Shown: one piece after another, positions 45,918-52,263 of the stretch
How the letters are laid out: the number at the start of each line of letters is the position of its first letter
Numbering within the stretch: the stretch's first letter is position 1
IMG/VR virus record: IMGVR_UViG_3300027712_000046
Coordinates: 1-52,263 of that record
Direction: 5' to 3' (one strand)
Source: a virus
Lineage: Duplodnaviria; Caudoviricetes
DNA: 52,263 bases
Made by a program: the position numbers and the translations under genes
Notes under the pieces: generated by a model
Told to the model about the DNA's origin: nothing
Database searches by the model: none
Seen by the model: the letters and a program-made list of their open reading frames with translations, nothing else

Positions 45918-47705
45918 TCAAACTAAATTTAATATTTTAGTTTGAATTGCTACCATAGCAAGAAATACTCGTTGAATGGAGACGATATTAATTGTCTCGT
46001 TACCATTTATCAGCATATTTTCTAATTCAAATACCAAATCTTCAATTGGGATATTGCGGAATTTAGAATCCGTTGATTTGAATATTTTTTTAGAATCTCT
46101 AGTTGTCCATAACAACTCATTGGTAGAGATGTTTAATTTTGTAATGTTCCAAATATAATTTTCAAATGTTGCATTTTTTATGCTTTTGAAATCTTTAATT
46201 TGGGAAGCTCTTGAATAGATTGAAAGCAAGTCTTTGAGCAAATTCAATATGGCAATATTGAAAGAAATACCTATGCTATTTCCTGTGCAGTTAAAGTTCT
46301 TGTATTTTTTAACCAAATCAAGATCGATGGTTGCAGAATACATAGTAGGTCGTCCTTTACAAGCATACAATCTTCCTATGTTATGCACTAATGAATATGT
46401 ATAACCATTTTGGTTAACGTTATTGAAGGTGCGATTATTAAACCTATTCGAACGCATCGCATTTGAATTATATTTTATCTGTATTGTATCCCAAGTGTTG
46501 TAAGTGTTTTTCCACAGATAATCTCTTAGATAAGAATAAGTAACGTCGCCTGATACACCAACGCTTGATGTAGGATTCGATAGGATTCGAGATTCAATAC
46601 GCTTCGCAGTATCAATTGTGTGTGTGATTAAGAATACATCAGAGTCGTCGTTAGAAAACATCAAACTATCAACAGTATCAATCACATCAATCTCAGTTTT
46701 TTGCAAACTTGAAATGACATTCTCAACATCAAAGAAGATAAAGTAATCAGAAGTTCCATTACTTCCAATCAATATGATTGCATCGTCATTTTTTCTGATA
46801 TCCAATCCTTTCAGGGATGTTATGCCCAAATCTGCAAAAGTTACAGTTTGATAAATTTCATTTGAGTATCTATTTTTGATGTAAATAACATCATTCATAA
46901 CTTCACTTCTCTTATCAGAACCCATCTTAAAGAAATTTTTGGTTTGTTCTGTTATTGTAGTTGAGAGTGCATCTTTAAGAGTTAATGAACCACAAATTGA
47001 GAACTTTGAGAAATCATAAATTGAAATTTTATTTGTTGAATAGTAATAAAGTTCATTTTTGGAGTAATCGCCATCTATTCGCAATACATTCTGGTTTGGA
47101 GACTGTGATAAAACTTGAATTTCATTAGTATTAATGAAACTGCCACCTATTGAATAGGTGTTGGTATCGTCCATACAATAATATACAAAGTCTTCATTTG
47201 TTCCGATAACAAAAAATCCATATTTGATAGAGTCTAAGAATGCCCATGTAGGATTTCCAGAGAATGGATCGCTATGAGTGTATGTATTTTTACCAGTCGC
47301 GATATCATCCGGTGTTCTTATATCCAATTCTGTTGATGATAGAGTATAAAAATGACTATTTTTGTAATCATATTTGATAAAATCAGGATTCAAATACACA
47401 TGAGTCTTGTATATCTTTAGATTGTTATCATTAATATTACCAAATAGATAACTCAAGTTGGTGTCATCAAGAATATCAAATGCATTTGGAGTAAAAATAG
47501 TTAATTCTTCGAATTTTCCATCAAATGCAGTCTCTCTCAGAAATAAATCAGTTAAAAACGTCGATTTCGGAGTCAACTGCGCCGATTTATTATTAGGTCG
47601 TTTTTCAGAGTATGCGACTCCGCTCAATACATGGAAGTATCCTGAATAATCATTACCGTTTAAGGTGAATGCATTTCCATTGTCGTGTTTGAAGTAATAA
47701 ATCAT
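45918..47705 (-). CDS. Putative virion structural protein (beta-rich)
   Basis: 595 aa, N/D/T/F-rich, in the tail operon. Confidence 0.55.
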   Translation of the reverse strand: MIYYFKHDNGNAFTLNGNDYSGYFHVLSGVAYSEKRPNNKSAQLTPKSTFLTDLFLRETAFDGKFEELTIFTPNAFDILDDTNLSYLFGNINDNNLKIYKTHVYLNPDFIKYDYKNSHFYTLSSTELDIRTPDDIATGKNTYTHSDPFSGNPTWAFLDSIKYGFFVIGTNEDFVYYCMDDTNTYSIGGSFINTNEIQVLSQSPNQNVLRIDGDYSKNELYYYSTNKISIYDFSKFSICGSLTLKDALSTTITEQTKNFFKMGSDKRSEVMNDVIYIKNRYSNEIYQTVTFADLGITSLKGLDIRKNDDAIILIGSNGTSDYFIFFDVENVISSLQKTEIDVIDTVDSLMFSNDDSDVFLITHTIDTAKRIESRILSNPTSSVGVSGDVTYSYLRDYLWKNTYNTWDTIQIKYNSNAMRSNRFNNRTFNNVNQNGYTYSLVHNIGRLYACKGRPTMYSATIDLDLVKKYKNFNCTGNSIGISFNIAILNLLKDLLSIYSRASQIKDFKSIKNATFENYIWNITKLNISTNELLWTTRDSKKIFKSTDSKFRNIPIEDLVFELENMLINGNETINIVSIQRVFLAMVAIQTKILNLV

Positions 47706-49909
47706 ATGTAGTTGGTGAACTCAATTTTATTTATGGTTGTTGTAGCTGGAATATGGTTTTTTACCTTATCTTCAATTGCGTTTTTGAGCGAATTTAAGAT
47801 GTTTGGATTGGAAATGCCTAAATTATCAATAGATATGTTAATGTAGTTGCTCTTGTTTGTATTCTTTTTACAGAATGATTGCAGATAGGATACATCATCA
47901 ATAGAATTTCTCATACCACAGGGCAGAGTCAGAACCAAATCATTAATTTTTTGTTTTCCTTGAATAATTGGAAGGGCAAACATCAAATCTTTATCAATAA
48001 CATCATCCAATAGTATGATATTGGATATATTGCGTGTAGGCAGTAATATATCCTGATCATTGTAATCAAAACGACCATAAAGAATGGTTTTATTTGCAAA
48101 TTGGCCAATTGGTGTGTTGAACTCATATATAACTTCATTGTTCATGAAGAAAAATCCTTTACCTGTAAGTGCATCATATGATATACAAATAAAGTTATCT
48201 TTTAAATATTTAAATTCTAGTGTTTTTGAGAATTTCAATACATTATTGGTCGAGTTATCAAATAACTTAAGTTCAAATGTGACTGTGGTTGATGTTTTTG
48301 TTACGGTAATGCCACCATCAACACTATTTCTCAAACTTTTAACAATCCACGAATCCTTATTTCCACTAAAGTAAAATGAAAATGTCATTTTTGCAGTAGC
48401 ATTTATATTATCTTGATAATTATATGATAGATTATTACAAGTGATTAGATTATTGTAAGTTAATGTATTTTCAAAACGACTATAAATATATTTTGTATTT
48501 GGAACAAATGTCAAATCACTCTTTTTATCAAATATCTTGTTTGCAACAATACTACCACTTAATACAGAGTTTGTAGCTATTAAGTTTTCCAAAATTTGAT
48601 CATATGTAACATCAAACACCCCCTTTGTTCGTAAAGCTTCGTGCTTTGAAATAAAATCAGGGTAATAATATCTATCAATCCACATTTTGTTATTTCCTGA
48701 TGGCGAACCTGATAACCATGTGCATAAAAACACCTTGCCATCATCGGAATAGTCATTTCTTTCAATTTCAAATATTTTATCAGCGTATTCAGGTATTGGG
48801 AATGAAAATGATCCACTTTTTATGAATTTAGTGTCGTTTACATTCAACGCCGTGAATGGATACATGCTGGACGGTGATGTAAATGTATTCGAACCTGTTG
48901 TAATATTGTATGGCTTGTTGTAAAATACATAACTCAATGCCAATTCGGATGAATTTTCAGAATCGATAGGATTTGAAATAGCCGAGTAATCTCTAAATTC
49001 CTGAACTGCGTTAGTGCCCCGAGACGATATCATATTTTGACCAGTTGTAAATACATCGTCAACAGTTAATTGGTTTTTCAAAACTAAAAATTCTTTGTAT
49101 TGTGATGTATATGGAGAATGAAATAGATAATTATTTGTCAAATTGAAATCACTCTTATCATAATTTATAGCATTTGTGTTGTTCTGATAAGTTATGAATG
49201 ATGTATTCAAGTTTAAGTCTAAATTATATGTCTTAGATCTTACAGTAGTGAATTTGTTATTTATCAATACCGATTTATTGGTATCTTTGATAGACTTCAA
49301 TACCAAAGTATTGTTATTTTTTGTAAGACTCTCATTGCCATCAATTGTTGGCTTTATAAAAATGACATAGTTATTGGAATTGTCAAATACAAAGGTGAAT
49401 GTTTGAGGCTGTATGTCCGCATTATTATCATTCAAAAAGATATCCCATATAAAGAATAAGTTTTTATTAATATCTGATACTAGATAATATTTTCTACCAT
49501 TATAATCAAAAGATATTGTGCAAGTTTGATTATCTGCAAACTCCAAAAGAAAATAACAGTTGTCGTCGAGAGTATCTGTGAAATTCTGCGTTACATAAGT
49601 GATGGTTTTTGAAAAAATATCTGATCTTCTAAGATATGAATCTCCAAATTTCAAATATGTCAACATTTTACGGTTTTCGAATGTGTCGAAGTTAATATCT
49701 AAAAAATTGTCAAGCGTTTGATCAACAGACAAGTAGAAATTACTATATTCTTTCGTTTTAAAGTCGGTAAATCCTGACAATGCGAAGGGGAAATTGAAAG
49801 AATACCCTCCTTGATATGTTCTAAATACTTGCTTGTATGCAATATCATCCGAGCTTGATTTCCAAGCTTTAGAAGATAAATCAGACAATGACTTTACAAT
49901 AGTTTCCAT
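47702..49909 (-). CDS. Putative virion structural protein with LamG/ConA-like segment
   Basis: MTFSFYF...NFICISYDALTGKGFFFMNN; TAAATA-N6-ATG. Confidence 0.55.
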   Translation of the reverse strand: METIVKSLSDLSSKAWKSSSDDIAYKQVFRTYQGGYSFNFPFALSGFTDFKTKEYSNFYLSVDQTLDNFLDINFDTFENRKMLTYLKFGDSYLRRSDIFSKTITYVTQNFTDTLDDNCYFLLEFADNQTCTISFDYNGRKYYLVSDINKNLFFIWDIFLNDNNADIQPQTFTFVFDNSNNYVIFIKPTIDGNESLTKNNNTLVLKSIKDTNKSVLINNKFTTVRSKTYNLDLNLNTSFITYQNNTNAINYDKSDFNLTNNYLFHSPYTSQYKEFLVLKNQLTVDDVFTTGQNMISSRGTNAVQEFRDYSAISNPIDSENSSELALSYVFYNKPYNITTGSNTFTSPSSMYPFTALNVNDTKFIKSGSFSFPIPEYADKIFEIERNDYSDDGKVFLCTWLSGSPSGNNKMWIDRYYYPDFISKHEALRTKGVFDVTYDQILENLIATNSVLSGSIVANKIFDKKSDLTFVPNTKYIYSRFENTLTYNNLITCNNLSYNYQDNINATAKMTFSFYFSGNKDSWIVKSLRNSVDGGITVTKTSTTVTFELKLFDNSTNNVLKFSKTLEFKYLKDNFICISYDALTGKGFFFMNNEVIYEFNTPIGQFANKTILYGRFDYNDQDILLPTRNISNIILLDDVIDKDLMFALPIIQGKQKINDLVLTLPCGMRNSIDDVSYLQSFCKKNTNKSNYINISIDNLGISNPNILNSLKNAIEDKVKNHIPATTTINKIEFTNYI

Positions 49910-49918
49910 TTGAAATAT

Positions 49919-50428
49919 TTAGGATTCTGATTCTATTAAGAAGCCGCCACGATCCACAGAAAACACAAATTGTTTTTCATTCGAATCAGTTGGTAGAATA
50001 TTAGTTTTCAAATGCTTCATATCTCCAATTGTTTCAAAATAATCACCTGTTGTAATTCTAAATGGTTGAATTATCGAACATATCGAACTGTCTGTATACT
50101 CAATGAATATTTCAGCTGATAATTGTTTGAATCTAGCCGACGCAGAGGGATAATATGTATGGGAATGAATGTCTAATAGAACAGAACTGCGAACATTATA
50201 TAACACTTCATTCAAAATGCTTTCTTTTCTGTAATTTCTGTATAATCTATTATTAAAATATTCAACTCGACCATCACCCCAATTGATTGACATGTAAAGA
50301 GGTATGGAACTTTCTGATATCCTACACAAATTGAAATTGACTGTAGTTAAATCATATAAATTTTGTTCAGCCTTTAATACTGTAGTTGCAGGTATGCTTG
50401 TTGAATAAGATAAATCTAAAGTGTTCAT
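49919..50428 (-). CDS. Putative virion protein with PKD-like motif
   Basis: INWGDG...HSHTY motif. Confidence 0.5.
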   Translation of the reverse strand: MNTLDLSYSTSIPATTVLKAEQNLYDLTTVNFNLCRISESSIPLYMSINWGDGRVEYFNNRLYRNYRKESILNEVLYNVRSSVLLDIHSHTYYPSASARFKQLSAEIFIEYTDSSICSIIQPFRITTGDYFETIGDMKHLKTNILPTDSNEKQFVFSVDRGGFLIESES

Positions 50429-52263
50429 ATGATAATTTCTTCGTTAATTGAAGTTACGGGGGTTGCTGAAAGATACACACCAACAGTTGAACTGTAACTT
50501 GAATTCATTATATTGGAATAGCTTTCAAATGTTGCGAAATACACATTATGCTTTAAGAACTCTACATTTGGGCTGAGTCTAAAGTCATATTCATGTAGAG
50601 CGATCATATCATTCTGGTCTTTTAACAAGAATGATATGTTGAACATATCGTTTTTCTTAGCATATGTGAATGTAGGAGGTTCCGTTCTTGTGAATCGAAT
50701 ATCACCACCCGATACGCTGAAGAAATCGGTATGATTTAGATAATCAGCAGATGTTAGAGGGAACAATTTACTATTCTTGTGTGTTAATGTATCAAATTTG
50801 TATATTTCAGGATACAACACATAATCGTTTGAAGATATTGCAGATGTTGTTGTTTGTAACACACAGTAATAAACATCAGTTCCAACTTTGAAACGATTTG
50901 AAATCTTATTAAGCGACGATTTATTATGTTGTATCTCATATACCAAAGCAACAGGGGGATTGAATTGAGAATTTTCATATGTAATCTTTTCAAACACTAG
51001 ATAGTTATCAGTTTCAATAAACAATGTATCGAAACTGATTTCAAATTTCGAAATGGCCGATAACTGACGGTATGCAGATGGAGTGTATCTTGATGATAGA
51101 TAGTAAAATGCAGTTGTCAAGTCTTTTACTTCTTGTGTGTTGATATTCTTGATAAAGATATTACCATTTAGATCAAATCTATCATTGTATGTAGTGGATT
51201 GTGGAGTATCTACAACGTAGTCACTATTCACCAAGACTGTATCGTCATAATAATACGATATGGTAGGCAATTCATAAATAAAATTGAATGGATCATTGAA
51301 ATATCCACCATCATCACTTACGATGCCATTTGTCCTTGTGTGTTGAGCGTTTTGAGTAAAGTTAGAAGTATTCAAACCAATTGGTCTTATCAATGGGCTA
51401 AAGCTTGATAAACCACACTCCATCAAAAGACTGTAATAATAATTAAATGCTCCCGGATATGATGGATCGTCGGATGATATCGGATCTAAGAATGGAGCAC
51501 CTGTAGATTTTGTGAAGAATCCTCCGTCTCTGAGAACCGTTTCCTTGGCGATTATGTCCTCTGTAGGCTCTTTGAGTTCTTGGTATGGATCGAAGTATCG
51601 GAAGAACAACGTATCAACGCCTGAGAGGGCACTAGCGCCACTAAACGTGCTTGTGTAAGCACTCAGACCAGAACGTTTCAATTCGTCAAATGATGATAAA
51701 TTCTGAGTTTTGAAGTTGAACGCATATCCTTCTTCAAAAATATCATCGTAGAAACGATAACCATCCAATTGAAGACTTTTAATTGTTGTAGGTTCAACAA
51801 CTTTGATACCTTTTGTGAAGTTAGGATCATTTTTAAACAATCCATAAATGTTTCCATAAACATCTTCCTTTTGATCTTGAACAAATCCAGAATCAAAGAT
51901 GCTTTCCAAATTACAATCAAACTTATTGATCTTTTCAGTTACGTAACCGTAATATTTGGTGTCATTTTTGTTTGAAGTTGGTTGGTTAACAGCATTTGAC
52001 GATGTTAAATTTCTTTTAAGACCTTCATCGTTGACATAAAACGTAACAATATCAGCATTTCCTCCGAATACATTAGGATCAGGGAAATAATAAATTGAAT
52101 TTGGTTGAATTTTATCAAAATTGAATTCAAATGATTTATTCTTACCATCAACCAAGACGATAGCAGTTTTGGAAGTCTTGAAGAAACCTATTTCATAAGT
52201 GTCAATCAAACTTCCTTGTAATGTAGTTGGAATAGTTGGGTAATTACGATTTAGTAAGCTTTT
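50425..52263 (-). CDS. Large putative virion structural protein, 5' end outside window
   Basis: The frame stays open from 52209 to the window end (KSLLNRNYPTIPTTLQGS...), so the true start lies beyond the window. Confidence 0.6.
   Translation of the reverse strand, partial: KSLLNRNYPTIPTTLQGSLIDTYEIGFFKTSKTAIVLVDGKNKSFEFNFDKIQPNSIYYFPDPNVFGGNADIVTFYVNDEGLKRNLTSSNAVNQPTSNKNDTKYYGYVTEKINKFDCNLESIFDSGFVQDQKEDVYGNIYGLFKNDPNFTKGIKVVEPTTIKSLQLDGYRFYDDIFEEGYAFNFKTQNLSSFDELKRSGLSAYTSTFSGASALSGVDTLFFRYFDPYQELKEPTEDIIAKETVLRDGGFFTKSTGAPFLDPISSDDPSYPGAFNYYYSLLMECGLSSFSPLIRPIGLNTSNFTQNAQHTRTNGIVSDDGGYFNDPFNFIYELPTISYYYDDTVLVNSDYVVDTPQSTTYNDRFDLNGNIFIKNINTQEVKDLTTAFYYLSSRYTPSAYRQLSAISKFEISFDTLFIETDNYLVFEKITYENSQFNPPVALVYEIQHNKSSLNKISNRFKVGTDVYYCVLQTTTSAISSNDYVLYPEIYKFDTLTHKNSKLFPLTSADYLNHTDFFSVSGGDIRFTRTEPPTFTYAKKNDMFNISFLLKDQNDMIALHEYDFRLSPNVEFLKHNVYFATFESYSNIMNSSYSSTVGVYLSATPVTSINEEIII

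Noticed and set aside
1-52263. tRNA, rRNA or structured ncRNA genes
   Set aside because: Intergenic gaps are short and none showed a cloverleaf or recognisable RNA motif by eye; tRNAscan-SE/Infernal would be needed to exclude them.

Overview
AT-rich segment of a large T4-like (Tevenvirinae-related / uncultured myovirus-type) phage genome, standard genetic code. From left to right: (1) a minus-strand glycan-biosynthesis cluster (GT11, a deleted glf remnant, a two-gene transketolase, TylF- and FkbM-type methyltransferases, an epimerase and several GTs); (2) a GIY-YIG endonuclease, P-loop kinase, HNH nuclease, PhoH and small late genes; (3) the T4-type core replication/recombination module (uvsY, uvsW, 55, 47, 46, 43, uvsX, 41, 59, 32, 45, 61) with interspersed glycosyltransferases, a degenerate DHH protein and a C5 methyltransferase; (4) a minus-strand tail/baseplate operon ending in a Thr/Ser-rich mucin-like gene and a glycosyltransferase with polypeptide-GalNAc-transferase-like motifs. 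Highlights: a candidate phage mucin-type O-glycosylation pair; a gp41 helicase broken by a naturally split intein whose C-half has its own promoter and a long N-terminal extension; a catalytically dead DHH protein next to the helicase; and two promoter classes (TTGACA-N16-TANNNT and TAAATA) 5-8 nt from start codons, implying mostly leaderless mRNAs. All calls come from manual motif reading; no searches were run.
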